A stretch of 64,000 bases of DNA from an uncultured delta proteobacterium (GTDB lineage: Bacteria > Desulfobacterota > Binatia > UBA9968). The translations under genes were made by a program, and so were the position numbers. This document shows, in pieces, positions 17,284 through 28,239 of this stretch. Under the pieces are notes generated by a model that saw only the letters and a program-made list of their open reading frames with translations, had not been told where the DNA came from and did no database searches. How positions within the stretch are numbered: the first letter of the stretch is position 1; each line of letters starts with the position of its first letter. The DNA lies in assembly GCA_963840855.1 (NCBI GenBank), contig CAWJBB010000046.1:113677-177676 (forward strand), in the 5' to 3' direction.

Positions 17284-17940
17284 ATGGAACTGGTCGATCT
17301 CTCGCGTGTAATTTATGACAGCATGCCGAAGATTCCCATTTTGCCCGACGTGCACGTGCGAAAGTTTTTCGACTTGGACAAGGGACATCCACTCAACGTC
17401 ACCGAACTGTCGCTGCCTTGTCACGCCGGCACCCACGTGGACGCGCCGATTCATATCGTCCCAAACGGCAAGTCGATTGAAGAGTTGCCGCTGGACGCTT
17501 TCGTCGGCAACGGCGCGACGATCTCCGTAAATAAGAGCGGCGGCGAGGAAATCACCGCAGCCGACTTGGAAAACTCCGGCGTGCCCGTGAATAAGGGTGA
17601 TATTTTGATGTTGCACACGGGTTGGGACGCGAAATTCGAAACTGCGGATTACAACATGCATCCCTATTTTTCGGTGGACGCCGCGGAGTGGATGGTCAAG
17701 AAGGGGATCAAGATGGTCTGCATCGACTGTATCACGGTGGATTTGCCGACACCGCTTCGTCCCAAAGGCTTTGCATTTCCGGTTCACAAGACGCTCCTCG
17801 GCAACGAAGTGCTAATCGCCGAGAACCTGGCGAACATCGGCAGCATCGTTGGCAAGAAGACCCGGATCATGGCGTTGCCGCTGCGCGTTAAGGGCAGCGA
17901 TGCGGGACACGCGAGAATCGTCGCGGAGGTTTTGAACTAA
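17284..17940 (+). CDS. Cyclase family (kynurenine formamidase-like) metal hydrolase
   Basis: HAGTHVDAPIH, HKTLL..IAENL. Confidence 0.9.
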   Translation: MELVDLSRVIYDSMPKIPILPDVHVRKFFDLDKGHPLNVTELSLPCHAGTHVDAPIHIVPNGKSIEELPLDAFVGNGATISVNKSGGEEITAADLENSGVPVNKGDILMLHTGWDAKFETADYNMHPYFSVDAAEWMVKKGIKMVCIDCITVDLPTPLRPKGFAFPVHKTLLGNEVLIAENLANIGSIVGKKTRIMALPLRVKGSDAGHARIVAEVLN

Positions 17941-17945
17941 ACGTC

Positions 17946-18914
17946 ATGGCAGCCACGAAACCGATCAAAGGAATCATCGGCGCCTGTCTGACGCCGTTCG
18001 ACGACAACGACAGGGTAGATTACAAGGCGTTGGAAAAAGAAATCGAGTTTCTCGTTCCGGATTGCGACGCCGTAACCATTGCGGCCGTCGAAGCCGCCGA
18101 GTACACGATGCTGTCGCGCGACGAGCGCAAAGAAGTCTTGCGCGTCGCCACGGAAATGGTAAATCACCGCGTCCCCGTCATCCTCGGTTGTTCGAGCCCG
18201 TCGCCAAAAGAGGTCATAGAATTGGCCGAATACTCCGCGAAAGTCGGCGGCGATTTTGTCCAGGTCCTCATGCCGCTTCGTCCCTGGGGCGGCCAGCCGA
18301 CCATCGCAGAATTAATGGAGTTCTATACTCAGGTGGCGACCGCGAGTCCGCTGCCGGTGACTTGCTATCACAACCCAGGTCCAGGAGCCGATCCACCTCA
18401 AGACGCATTCGTCAAAATCAGCGAAGTCGACAATATCCGCTATTTCAAGGAAAGCTCGCGAGATATTACAAAAATATCTAGACTCATTGAACAAATAGAT
18501 CTCGCAGGGCGTGGACATTACTTCACCACTATGCAGCCGCTGTTGATTACTTTGATGCTCGGGGGATCGGGCGCCACCATGCCGCCGCCGGGCACCAGGA
18601 TCGGCGCGCAAGTGGTCAGGGCGTTCAGAGCCGGCGACCTGGATCGAGCGCGTTTCTGGGCGCGTTGTTTCGCGCTCTTCCCTGGCAAGTGGGCCGCTTA
18701 CGGCCTGCCGCCGGTGATGAAATCGGCAATGAAGCACTTCGGTGTCGATATCGGCAATCCGGCGCGCCCCTACGCGCCGGTGAGCCCGCGGGACCACGCG
18801 CAAATCGGCCAGTTTCTTCAACAGGTCGGTTTGATTGGGGAAGCCGGGCCGACACCGCAATCATTGCTTGACGCCGGCGAAAAGCTGCGCCAGGAAGACA
18901 CTTTTCTGAGATAG
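17946..18914 (+). CDS. Dihydrodipicolinate synthase family aldolase/lyase
   Basis: TPFD..VDY, YHNP, FKESS. Confidence 0.85.
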   Translation: MAATKPIKGIIGACLTPFDDNDRVDYKALEKEIEFLVPDCDAVTIAAVEAAEYTMLSRDERKEVLRVATEMVNHRVPVILGCSSPSPKEVIELAEYSAKVGGDFVQVLMPLRPWGGQPTIAELMEFYTQVATASPLPVTCYHNPGPGADPPQDAFVKISEVDNIRYFKESSRDITKISRLIEQIDLAGRGHYFTTMQPLLITLMLGGSGATMPPPGTRIGAQVVRAFRAGDLDRARFWARCFALFPGKWAAYGLPPVMKSAMKHFGVDIGNPARPYAPVSPRDHAQIGQFLQQVGLIGEAGPTPQSLLDAGEKLRQEDTFLR

Positions 18915-18976
18915 CTAACGGGTATAATTCTGAGTGCGGTGATAGGCCGGAAATCAACGCTTCGGCGAAGTCTTAT

Positions 18977-19168
18977 ATGGAATTTTTAAAGCACCTTTCA
19001 GATGAATTTCTCATCTGGTTTCTTAAATCTACTTCCGGCTTCGGGCGAGAGCTGACGAGGGTGGGCCGGCACGAACAGAACTTGTGGCGCGAGCGCCGGC
19101 TGCGCGATCTCAAAGGGTTATCGATCATGTCAAAACAGCGCTACTCAAAAAAAACGGACCCGGTGTAA
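18977..19168 (+). CDS. Small hypothetical protein
   Basis: 63-aa ORF just upstream of the SQR-like gene. Confidence 0.35.
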   Translation: MEFLKHLSDEFLIWFLKSTSGFGRELTRVGRHEQNLWRERRLRDLKGLSIMSKQRYSKKTDPV

Positions 19169-19183
19169 ACAGGGCAACCGGCA

Positions 19184-20341
19184 ATGTTCAGACTCAACGG
19201 GCGAAAACAGATCGTCATTCTTGGCGGTGGCAGCGGTGGGGTGGTCGCCGCGACCCATCTGGGGCGCAGCCTAGGCGATCGCCATGACGTCATCCTGATC
19301 GATAAGCGACCGGATCACCTGTTCATGCCGGCTTTTCTTTTCGTCATGGTCGGCGAGCGCCAGTCCAATGACGTGAGTAGAAGCTTGAAACTCTTGGAGC
19401 GACGGAACGTTAAATTCATTCAGTCCGAGGTTTTGGGAATTGATCCTTCCAGGCAAGAAATTCATGTTCAAAAAGAATCCATTAACTACGATTATCTGAT
19501 CGTTTCTCTCGGTTTACAGACCAGGCCGGACCTCGTGCCAGGTTTTGCTGAGGCGTCGGTGCATCCTTGGGAGCTGGATGGCGCCTTGGAATTGCGCGAC
19601 AAAATAACGGCTTTTAGAAGCGGCCGTGTAGTGGTCGGCGTTCCGCTCGGTCCGTATCGTTGCCCGCCCGCGCCCTATGAAGCACAGTGGATGTTGGACG
19701 ATTATTTCAGGCGCAAAGGTATTCGCGAACGCGTGCAGATGGATTATTTCACCCGCGACCCTGAGCCGGCCGGAGAGCAGCGCACGCCTGCGGTCTGGAT
19801 GGACGCTGAAAGCCGGCGGCGCAATATCAAGCAGCACTATGAATTCGTCGTGCGTTCGATTGATGCCGAAGCCAAAACGGTGTCAGGGCTTTACGGCTAT
19901 AAGATTCCATACGATCTGCTCGTTATGGTGCCGCCGCACCGGCCCGCTCAGGTGCTTTCGGATTGCGGTCTGGCCGACACTGAGAACGGTATCCGCGTTG
20001 ACTATGAAACGCTGAAAACCAAGTGGGATAATGTATACGCCATCGGTGACTGCGCCGATTTGCCGGCGTCTAAATCCGGTGGTGTGGCGCACCAGGAGGC
20101 CGACGTCGTCGCGCATAATCTCACGGCTGAAATCACTGGAAAGGGCCGGCCCGTGGATCTCTGGCTCCACACCATATGACTGCTGGCGTTCGGCGCGGGC
20201 CGCGCCGCCGCAAATCGCACGACTTATCCAGGTGGCTGGCCGCCATTCGGCGCTACCGAAGCTCGAACTTGGGGGCCTTCGCGTCTGATTTACTGGGCTA
20301 AGGTAGGGTTTGAGAAGTGGTGGCTCTGGCGCTATTTCTAA
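19184..20341 (+). CDS. Sulfide:quinone oxidoreductase/FCSD-like flavoprotein, probable selenoprotein (in-frame TGA 20177-20179)
   Basis: GGGSGG FAD motif, YRCPPAPYE, AIGD. Frame stays open after TGA to PSRLIYWAKVGFEKWWLWRYF*; hairpin 20191-20207. Confidence 0.8.
20191..20207 (+). promoter_or_regulatory. Putative SECIS hairpin
   Basis: CGGCGCG-GGC-CGCGCCG; loop begins with G 19 nt after the UGA. Confidence 0.6.
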
Positions 20342-20344
20342 CTT

Positions 20345-20392
20345 AGTTGTTCCAATCGTTCAAAACGTTCAAGTAGTTCCAATCGTTTGAAG
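20345..20392. repeat. 9-mer tandem repeat (GTTCCAATC-like)
   Basis: gttccaatc gttcaaaac gttcaagta gttccaatc. Confidence 0.7.
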
Positions 20393-20562
20393 AATCGAAT
20401 CTGTGCGTCGAAAAATGATGAGCACTTCGGCAGTTCGCTTCTTTTTGATGCTTTGAATAGCTGAGGAGAGGAGGCTGAGGATAGGAGCGGAAGATTGATT
20501 GGCAAATTGAAGCTTGCTCGATAGTTGACATAATATATCTTATCAGACGTTATAGTCTAACC

Positions 20563-21247
20563 CTATTTTACGCTGGGTTGAGCGCCGGCTTTTGCCTCTA
20601 GATCTGCAAGCTTCACGGTTACGGCGGCTTCAGGATCATCCTTTAAATAGTCGCGATAACTCGCGATGGCTGATTGGATATCACCCATCTGTTCAGCGCA
20701 GCGCGCCTTCCCGAGGCGCGCCTCCTGTTGCAAGGCATTTTTGATCTTCTCCGCTTCGCCGTAGCGCGCAGTTGCTTGCTTGCATAGGTTTTGTTGTTCT
20801 TCGACGGCGGCAACCGTTATCAGAGCTATCTGGCGAAAAAGCGTATCCGGGCCGGTTGCCGCTAAGAAACGCTGCGCCGGCGCGGCCGCTTTAGCGGTTT
20901 CACCGAGACTGAGATAGCTATTCGCTTCATAGAGATATCCCAACACCGCGTAACGCGACCACCGGTAGCCCTGGACCTTTTGAAACTCCGCGATGGCTTC
21001 GCGGATATTTTTGCGCCTGATAAAGGGATAACGCGCCCCCGAACTCCCTGCTCGCCGCGGCGTTGTGGCGCGCCTTGAAAAGCTGCCACCCAGAGACAAC
21101 CAAGAGAAGGACTCCCAGGGCGGCCAGTCCGCCAAGTACCTTCACGCGGTGTTGGGTGAAGAGGTCGAGAGCTTTTTCAGTCGTTACTTGGAACCAGTCG
21201 GGCCGACGTAGCTCCTTGCGGGTGATTCTCTTACTCGACGTGGCCAT
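20563..21247 (-). CDS. YfgM-like TPR membrane protein (apparent +1 frameshift near 21004)
   Basis: Two overlapping ORFs join at QKY/REAIAEF. Confidence 0.7.
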
Positions 21248-21289
21248 TGCGGTAGAGCGGCGAACGGATAAACAGCGCGGCGGGCAAGT

Positions 21290-21817
21290 TCATGTCTTGT
21301 ATTTGAAGTCCTGCGGCGTCATTTTTTCGAGGATTTCTCCCCATTTTTCCTGGGAAACGTTGGAGATATTCTCCACCGGTGCTTCCCTGTTTTCTTCGTT
21401 CTGTTGCAGTACGCTCGACGCTTCCAAAACCGCTTTCGCTACGTAGATCGGACTTTTGGTTCGAAGCGCCAGAGCAATGGCGTCACTGGGACGGGAATCG
21501 ATGTTCAACTGCCGGCCCGCTATGTTGAGCCGCACCGAAGCGTAATAAGTGTTCTCCTTAAGCTCCGTGATTTCAATGGACTCTACCGCGCAGCCGACTT
21601 CTCCCAAAATGTTGCGCAAAAGGTCGTGGGTCATGGGCCGGGCCATCTTGACCCCTTCAATCTCCGTGGCCATGGCGGTGGCCTCCAACAGACCGATCCA
21701 GATTGGCAGATTAAGTTTGTTGTCCGGGTCTTTGAGAATGACGATGGGTGTTTTCGTGACCGGGTCCAACGTTAAACCGCCAACTGACATCTCAATGGTG
21801 TCTTCCCTTTTCGTCAT
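21290..21817 (-). CDS. Bifunctional nuclease family (DUF151)
   Basis: LPIWIG, RPMTHDL, DSRPSDAIALA. Confidence 0.9.
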   Translation of the reverse strand: MTKREDTIEMSVGGLTLDPVTKTPIVILKDPDNKLNLPIWIGLLEATAMATEIEGVKMARPMTHDLLRNILGEVGCAVESIEITELKENTYYASVRLNIAGRQLNIDSRPSDAIALALRTKSPIYVAKAVLEASSVLQQNEENREAPVENISNVSQEKWGEILEKMTPQDFKYKT

Positions 21818-23178
21818 GCCGTTTCCCCTTCTGCGTAGATATCGGTCTGGGCCGTGGTATTTAAAATTTCTGCTAAGAGCGAGTTCGCCGTGGCGCCCGT
21901 GATTCGAACCGTCTGAAATGTTCCAAGCAATTTTTCCGCACCCATTGCGTTAACGATTCTATTGCCGCGCGTGCGGCCCATGATCTGACCGTTCTTGAGC
22001 CTTGAGTTGCCCTCTACCAATATTGTTTCTATGTCGCCTATCCTTTCCCTATTCTTTCTCAGAGATATATCCCTTTGCAAGGACTGAACAGCCGTCAAAC
22101 GCTCTTTTTTGACCTGTTCCGGAATATCGTCATTGTAAAGTTTCGCGGAAACCGTCTGCGGCCGCGGTGAATATGTGAACGAGTAGATTTCATTATACTC
22201 TAGACTACTCAGCAATTCTAGCGTGGCTTCGAATTCGCTCTCGGTTTCGCCGGGAAAACCGACGATGATATCCGTGCTAAGCGAGATTTCCGGACAACGT
22301 TCGCGCAGTCGGTCGATGCGGCCGAGATATTCGGCGCGCGTGTAGCCACGGCGCATCCGCGCCAGCACGGAATCCGAACCGGATTGCACGGGCAGGTGCA
22401 AGTGCTCGCAAAGCTTTCCCAGTGTCGCGAAGGCCTCGGTCAGTTCCGGCGACAGGTCTTGCGGATGAGAAGTGGTGAAGCGAATGCGTCGAATGCCGTC
22501 GACTTGATCGACTCGGCGCAACAGTTCGGCGAAGTGGATTTCACCGGGCATGGTCTTGCCGTAAGAATTGACGTTTTGGCCGAGCAGCATCACTTCCTTT
22601 ACGCCCTGGCGCGCCAATGTTTCCACCTCAGCGATGATTCTGGAGCTGGGCCGGCTAATTTCTCGCCCACGCACATGCGGCACGATACAAAAACTGCAAA
22701 CTTTGTTGCAGCCCTGCATGATCGTGACAAACGCCTTGGCGCCCTGCACCTGGACGCGCTCCTCGGGATCTTCAAGGTACGATGGATCGCGGTAAAAAGC
22801 AGTCTCCATCGGGCGCGCGCTGTAGGTTTCTACCTGCTCGATCATTTCCGGGAGCTTGTGAATGTTCTGCGTCCCAAAGACGAAATCGAGATGCGGCATA
22901 CGTTGGAGCAAGCGTTCGCCTTCCTGTTGAGCCACGCAGCCGCCGACGCCGATGATCACGCCCTCGCGATGCTCCTTGATTTCTTTCCATGTCCCCAGCG
23001 CGCTGTAGACTTTTTGTTCCGCCTTGTCGCGCACGCTGCACGTATTGAGCAGAATGAGATCGGCGCTCTCGATGCGATCTGTAGGGATGTAATCAAACCG
23101 ACCCAGCACCCGGGCGATGCGCTCGGAATCGTACTGATTCATCTGGCAGCCGTAGGTCTGGATGTAAAGCTTCTTCAT
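21814..23178 (-). CDS. miaB: tRNA-2-methylthio-N6-dimethylallyladenosine synthase
   Basis: TYGCQMN, NTCSVR, GCNKVCSFCIVP, TRAM domain. Confidence 0.95.
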   Translation of the reverse strand: MKKLYIQTYGCQMNQYDSERIARVLGRFDYIPTDRIESADLILLNTCSVRDKAEQKVYSALGTWKEIKEHREGVIIGVGGCVAQQEGERLLQRMPHLDFVFGTQNIHKLPEMIEQVETYSARPMETAFYRDPSYLEDPEERVQVQGAKAFVTIMQGCNKVCSFCIVPHVRGREISRPSSRIIAEVETLARQGVKEVMLLGQNVNSYGKTMPGEIHFAELLRRVDQVDGIRRIRFTTSHPQDLSPELTEAFATLGKLCEHLHLPVQSGSDSVLARMRRGYTRAEYLGRIDRLRERCPEISLSTDIIVGFPGETESEFEATLELLSSLEYNEIYSFTYSPRPQTVSAKLYNDDIPEQVKKERLTAVQSLQRDISLRKNRERIGDIETILVEGNSRLKNGQIMGRTRGNRIVNAMGAEKLLGTFQTVRITGATANSLLAEILNTTAQTDIYAEGETA

Positions 23179-24581
23179 GGCGCGATCAAATCGACGATCT
23201 TGTAAAGCTGGCTGATACTGCGGCATTCCTCGGCGACGTCGCAATGGGGAGCGTAGCGCGGCATCTCGCTGTCGCCGACGCCCCAGGTCATGCGGCTTTC
23301 GGGGTTGAGCCAAATCAGCTGTTTGGCCTTGCGTTGGATCTCCCGGAGCACCCAATCGTTGGGGCGATTATAATTGTTACGCCCGTCGCCAATAATCAGC
23401 ACCGTGGTCTTGGAGTCAACGGCGGACAGATAATTTTTGTGAAACAGTTCGAAGGCGCGCCCGAAATTGGAGTGGGAAAAGACGTCAATCACGTCGCCCT
23501 TTAGCGCCGCTTCCACCGCCCGATGGATCTCGTTTTCTTCAAACAGTTTGGTAACTTCGCCGATGTCGCTGACGAAGACGAAACTGCGCACCTTGGCATA
23601 AAGATCCTGGATTGAATAGACGAATTGCAGCATGAAGCGAGAGGCATTCAACACGGAGTCCGAAATATCGCACAGCACCATGACCTGGGGTTTGGTTTTC
23701 TTGCGGCGGTCGAGCATGATCTCAAAGGGCACACCGCCATATTGAAGATTCTTGCGCAGCGTCTTTTTTACGTCGAAGCGGCCGCGCGCCGCTTTTTTTC
23801 GCCTTACCGACAGGCGGTTCTTCAGACGCTGGGCGAGGCGGGTGACGGCGTCGTTCATGCGCCGGATATCATCCTCGCTGTAGAATGCGAAACTCTTGTC
23901 GGCCAGCGAGCTGCGCGCGCTGGAGTCGCGCGGCTCATGTCCCTGTTTGCGTTGTTCCTGCTGAATAGCCTCGCGTAGCAAGCGGTTTAAATTGCGCAGG
24001 CGCTCGTCCAGATAGCGCATGATGTTCTTGAGATCGTCGCCGTTTTCGCCAAGCATCTGGAGCAGCGCTTTGAAACGCTCGATTTCACTTTGTACTCGCT
24101 CCAGTTCAAGGCGCGCCCCCAACCTCATGTAAGGCGTGAAACGGAAGCCGTCGAGACCGCCGCTATCCAGCTCCTGGCGCGCCGCCTCCCGGAAGAGTCG
24201 TTCCAGCTCGGCGTGGTTGGCGGTCAAGAGCGCTTTAGTCAGATCGGATAAATCCCCTTCCATTTGCCGCAAGAGCTGTTGGATATGCTCGAGCATCCTT
24301 TGGTACTGCTCGGGGGACAGTCCGAGCTCTTCCATCATGCGCCGGTCGAGAGCGTCGATGGCCTGGCCGAGGCCCAAAAAGAAAAAGTCAAAAAGTTCTT
24401 CGAAGGGTTGAATGTCGCCGACGCGTTTGACCAGCGTCGCCCGCAAGGCGTCCCTGAATAGCTGTTGGTCTTCGATGCCGAGGCGCTGCAACGCGCGGAA
24501 CACGTCCATGTTTTCCGAAAGCGACACCCGCACGCCGTTTCGGCGCAGCACATTGGCGAATTCGATGATGCGTTCTTCCAT
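23175..24581 (-). CDS. VWA domain protein (CoxE-like)
   Basis: CDISDS, IIGDGRNN, WLNPE. Confidence 0.85.
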   Translation of the reverse strand: MEERIIEFANVLRRNGVRVSLSENMDVFRALQRLGIEDQQLFRDALRATLVKRVGDIQPFEELFDFFFLGLGQAIDALDRRMMEELGLSPEQYQRMLEHIQQLLRQMEGDLSDLTKALLTANHAELERLFREAARQELDSGGLDGFRFTPYMRLGARLELERVQSEIERFKALLQMLGENGDDLKNIMRYLDERLRNLNRLLREAIQQEQRKQGHEPRDSSARSSLADKSFAFYSEDDIRRMNDAVTRLAQRLKNRLSVRRKKAARGRFDVKKTLRKNLQYGGVPFEIMLDRRKKTKPQVMVLCDISDSVLNASRFMLQFVYSIQDLYAKVRSFVFVSDIGEVTKLFEENEIHRAVEAALKGDVIDVFSHSNFGRAFELFHKNYLSAVDSKTTVLIIGDGRNNYNRPNDWVLREIQRKAKQLIWLNPESRMTWGVGDSEMPRYAPHCDVAEECRSISQLYKIVDLIAP

Positions 24582-24601
24582 GACGGCGCGCGATTTCGGT
24601 C

Positions 24602-25561
24602 CTAATGTAGATGATCCTCGTCGCCGCCCCTGGTCGCGCCGCGCTGGGCTTTGCGCTCGGCGAGATAAGCCTTAAGCTCCTGGTGCGCTTTGCGGATATC
24701 GGCTTCGTACTTCATAAGCACGGACAGCGTCTGGTCTACCAGGTCGTGGTCCAGTTGTTTGATATTGAGCAGGGCAAGCGCTTTTACCCAGTCGAGAGAT
24801 TCGCTGATGCTGGGAGTTTTCTTCAAGTCTAGCTTGCGCACCCGCTGGAGCAGACGCACGACTTCCTGCACGAGCTGGCTGCCAACCCCGGGAACTTTGA
24901 GCTTGATGATTTCCATCTCCCGCTCGCTGTCGGGAAAATCCAGATACAAATGGAGGCAGCGCCGTTTGAGCGCGTCGGACATTTCCCGGCTATTGTTGCT
25001 GGTTAGAACGACCAGCGGGATATGTTTCGCCTTGAGAGTGCCGATTTCCGGGACGGTGATTTGAAAATCGCTCAACACCTCGAGCAAAAACGCTTCAAAC
25101 TCGGCGTCCGACTTGTCGACTTCGTCGATCAACAGGACCGTGGGTTTCTCGGCTAACAGAGCGCGCAAGAGCGGCCGGGGCAACAGGAAACGGTCCGAAA
25201 AAAACACCCCGTCCTGGGCGGCGATGGAGTTCACCGCTTCCTGCAACGTCTCGGAGCCTTTGGTGATCTCACCGATCTTGTCTTTCAGGATCTGCGTGTA
25301 GAGCAGCTGCTTGGCGTATTCCCACTCATAGAGCGCCTTGGCTTCATCGAGTCCCTCGTAACATTGAAGCCGGATCAGCTCCAAACCCAAGGAGCCGGCC
25401 AGCACTTTTCCCAGCTCGGTCTTTCCCACACCGGCCGGTCCTTCCACGAGAATCGGCTTTTGCAGCGCCGCGCCGAGATATACCACTGTGGCCACGCTCT
25501 TGCCGCAAATATAATTTTGCCCGCCCAACCCAGCGATTACGTCATCCACTGTCTGAAACAT
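24602..25561 (-). CDS. MoxR/CoxD-like AAA+ ATPase
   Basis: EGPAGVGKT, RLQCYEGLD, LIDEVDK, DALKRRC. Confidence 0.9.
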   Translation of the reverse strand: MFQTVDDVIAGLGGQNYICGKSVATVVYLGAALQKPILVEGPAGVGKTELGKVLAGSLGLELIRLQCYEGLDEAKALYEWEYAKQLLYTQILKDKIGEITKGSETLQEAVNSIAAQDGVFFSDRFLLPRPLLRALLAEKPTVLLIDEVDKSDAEFEAFLLEVLSDFQITVPEIGTLKAKHIPLVVLTSNNSREMSDALKRRCLHLYLDFPDSEREMEIIKLKVPGVGSQLVQEVVRLLQRVRKLDLKKTPSISESLDWVKALALLNIKQLDHDLVDQTLSVLMKYEADIRKAHQELKAYLAERKAQRGATRGGDEDHLH

Positions 25562-25660
25562 GGTTTTCCTTTCCAATTTGCCGAAACTAACATAATCGTT
25601 TGGCGACAACAATAAAGCATGTTTGCACATAGCCGGGGCTTTCTGTAGTAAACGAGGTGG

Positions 25661-26421
25661 ATGTGTACTCTGGCGCTCTTTTTTGATGTTTTTGACAGAT
25701 ATCCCCTGCTGATAGGCTGCCAACCGCGACGAGCGCTACGACCGCCCCGCAACGCCGCCGGGCTTGATCGCCGCCAACCCCAAAATCATCGCAGGCAAGG
25801 ATCTGCGCGCCGGCGGCACATGGTTGGGAATCAATGAATATGGACTTCTGGTCGGAATCCTCAATCGCCGCGCCAATGGCGCGACACCCATTCATGCCCA
25901 ACCCCCGTTCGCGGGGGTTGCTCTGTATGGATCTGCTCGCTCTCCGAAGCGCAGCGGAGGCCCGCGAGTTCCTTGGCCGCCATGAGGAAAACTACAATCC
26001 GTTCACCGTGGTTTACGTCGATCCGGAAGGCGCCGGCGTGGCCTTCAATGACAAGGAGAGCATCACGGTACGCGCGCTGAACGCCGGGCTCCATGTATTC
26101 AGCAGCGCCGCGGCAGTCGATACCGCATCGGGTAAGGCCGATCGTGCCTACGGCCGATTTCTTAGCTGGGCCACCGGGTCGCCCGCGCAAAAACAATCGG
26201 GCGATTGGCTCGGCGGGCTCAAGCGGCTGCTCGGCGACCATAGTGTGCTTAGCGACGACGATCCCCGGGACGCTATCTGCGTTCATGGCACGGAGTCGGG
26301 GACGGTTTCGTCAAGCATCATTCATTTCTCGGCAATACAGAGACGTTTTGAGAGTTACTACTGCGCCGGCGCGCCATGCCAAAACTCTTTCGCCGCGCCC
26401 CTGGCGCTGGTTGTTTCATGA
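25661..26421 (+). CDS. NRDE/TANGO2 family protein (two apparent +1 frameshifts)
   Basis: MCTL..AANRDE, DLRAGGTWLG, SRGLL and GTVSS fall in successive frames. Confidence 0.75.
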
Positions 26422-27131
26422 TTCAAAAACCGCGCCTCGCAGCCACTGTAATATTGCTCAGGGCGGCCGAGCCGCGCGGCTTCGAGGTGTTTCTCACGCG
26501 CCGCCCCGAAGGCATGGCTTTTCTCGGCGGCATGTATTGCTTTCCCGGTGGCACGCTGCGCACCGAAGATTTCTCCGACGCCATGCTGAGCCGGTGCGCA
26601 GGAATGACTCCCGAGCAGGCGCAAAAAATCATCGGCGCCGAGTTTGCTCCGCGCCAAGCGCTTGGGCTGTGGATCGCCACGATTCGCGAATTGTTCGAAG
26701 AGACGGGGATTCTACTCGCGGTCAACGGCGCGGGCGAACGGATTCTTGCGAACACCGGGCTTGCAAGCCGCCTTACCGAAAAGCATGCCCGCTTGCTCGG
26801 CAAGACGTTAAGCTTTTACTCGGTCCTCGAATCAGAAGGACTTTTCTGCGACCTCGCCGCGTTGGCCCACTTTTCCCACTGGCAAACACCGGCGCAAGTT
26901 TCCATGCGCTTTGACACCCATTTTTTTCTGGCATCTTTGCCAGCGGATCAATCTCCCCTGCCGACATCATCTGAAGTCACCCAGAGCGTGTGGTTGACAC
27001 CCGACGCAGCGCTGCGCTTGTTCGGCAAGAATGAGCTGCCGATGATTTTTCCGACGTTCGCGTCGCTCAGAACTTTGGCCGACTTCGATTCTTTGGAAAG
27101 GGTGTTTAAAGAATATTGCGTCGGCAGCTAA
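26418..27131 (+). CDS. NUDIX hydrolase
   Basis: AATVILLR, FPGG, IRELFEETG, RFDTHFF. Confidence 0.9.
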   Translation: MIQKPRLAATVILLRAAEPRGFEVFLTRRPEGMAFLGGMYCFPGGTLRTEDFSDAMLSRCAGMTPEQAQKIIGAEFAPRQALGLWIATIRELFEETGILLAVNGAGERILANTGLASRLTEKHARLLGKTLSFYSVLESEGLFCDLAALAHFSHWQTPAQVSMRFDTHFFLASLPADQSPLPTSSEVTQSVWLTPDAALRLFGKNELPMIFPTFASLRTLADFDSLERVFKEYCVGS

Positions 27132-27184
27132 ATCATGACCCTGGCTGGGGGTCCACTAAAAGCCCCTATTACCTTACTACCGCA

Positions 27185-27856
27185 TTACTTTTTTGCCTGC
27201 CCCTTACGCGTCAAACTCGATGTCTGCATCAGGTTGTTGCCATCAAAAATGTACGACGCGCAAAGAGCAGTGCTCTTGGAATTGACCGAGCTGCAATACG
27301 TCAGTTGATTGCCTGAGAGCTGGTCTGGTTGACCCCCAGGACCGCTGGCGAGGCGCGATTTTTCTGTGCCGTCTTTGTGGCGCACCCGGACTCGATGGAG
27401 ACCGCCTCGACCATCAACCCGGAAAAACTCCACCTCATCCCCATTGCAGTTTTGGTACTGGGATATGGTGATGAGACGCCCGCTACTTTCCGGAAAGCGG
27501 ATCTCCTTGATTTCTTCGCCTCGATTTTCGGTAAAAACTCGTTTACCCACGGGGAGCGCAACGTGAAAAGTTCTATTCTTCAGACTGACGATCTGGTAGT
27601 TGCCCGTATACCTTTTGCTGCCGCTTTTTCCCCCGCAGGAGTCGGTCCGCAGGATTTCCATCTTCTCGTCATCGGCGTGAATGAACACCTCGATCAAGAT
27701 GGGACCAACCGTGAATGCGATCCGCGCGCGGCTGTGCTCTCTGAGTGACTTGATTTCAGGGTCGGTTTCTTGCGGCGCGGCGGCCATAGCGCCATGGTAG
27801 GCCCCAAACAACGATACCGTGAGTAAAACGATGGAAAACATTGTATGTCGTTTCAT
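27185..27856 (-). CDS. Hypothetical secreted protein
   Basis: Signal-peptide-like N-terminus; start uncertain. Confidence 0.5.
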   Translation of the reverse strand: MKRHTMFSIVLLTVSLFGAYHGAMAAAPQETDPEIKSLREHSRARIAFTVGPILIEVFIHADDEKMEILRTDSCGGKSGSKRYTGNYQIVSLKNRTFHVALPVGKRVFTENRGEEIKEIRFPESSGRLITISQYQNCNGDEVEFFRVDGRGGLHRVRVRHKDGTEKSRLASGPGGQPDQLSGNQLTYCSSVNSKSTALCASYIFDGNNLMQTSSLTRKGQAKK

Positions 27857-28239
27857 CAGAGTCACAGACGGATGACCGTTGACATGCCGATCACACGGTC
27901 GCTGGACGTAGTGCGCCGGGTTATGAATGTTTTTATTCTCAGTCACCACTGCTTTAAAACGTCATCGAGCTTTTTGCGGTCTCCGTCGGGGATATCTTCG
28001 CGCGGTCGCTGCGCGGGCAGAGGGCCGCGGTTTTTACCGGCTTCCTGATCCCGTGGCGAACTTGCACCTGGATCGGGTAGTGGCTTTGCCCGGAGCGACC
28101 AGCCGTATGATGTCGTGCCAAAAAAGCCAGATAAGGAAAGCAAGAAACCATAGGCTCAGCGGCGTTATAATAAAAAGAAAAAGCGACCGGAGCCAACGAT
28201 GCGTCTTTCTTCTTCTGCTCTGAGCCACTGCGACATGTG

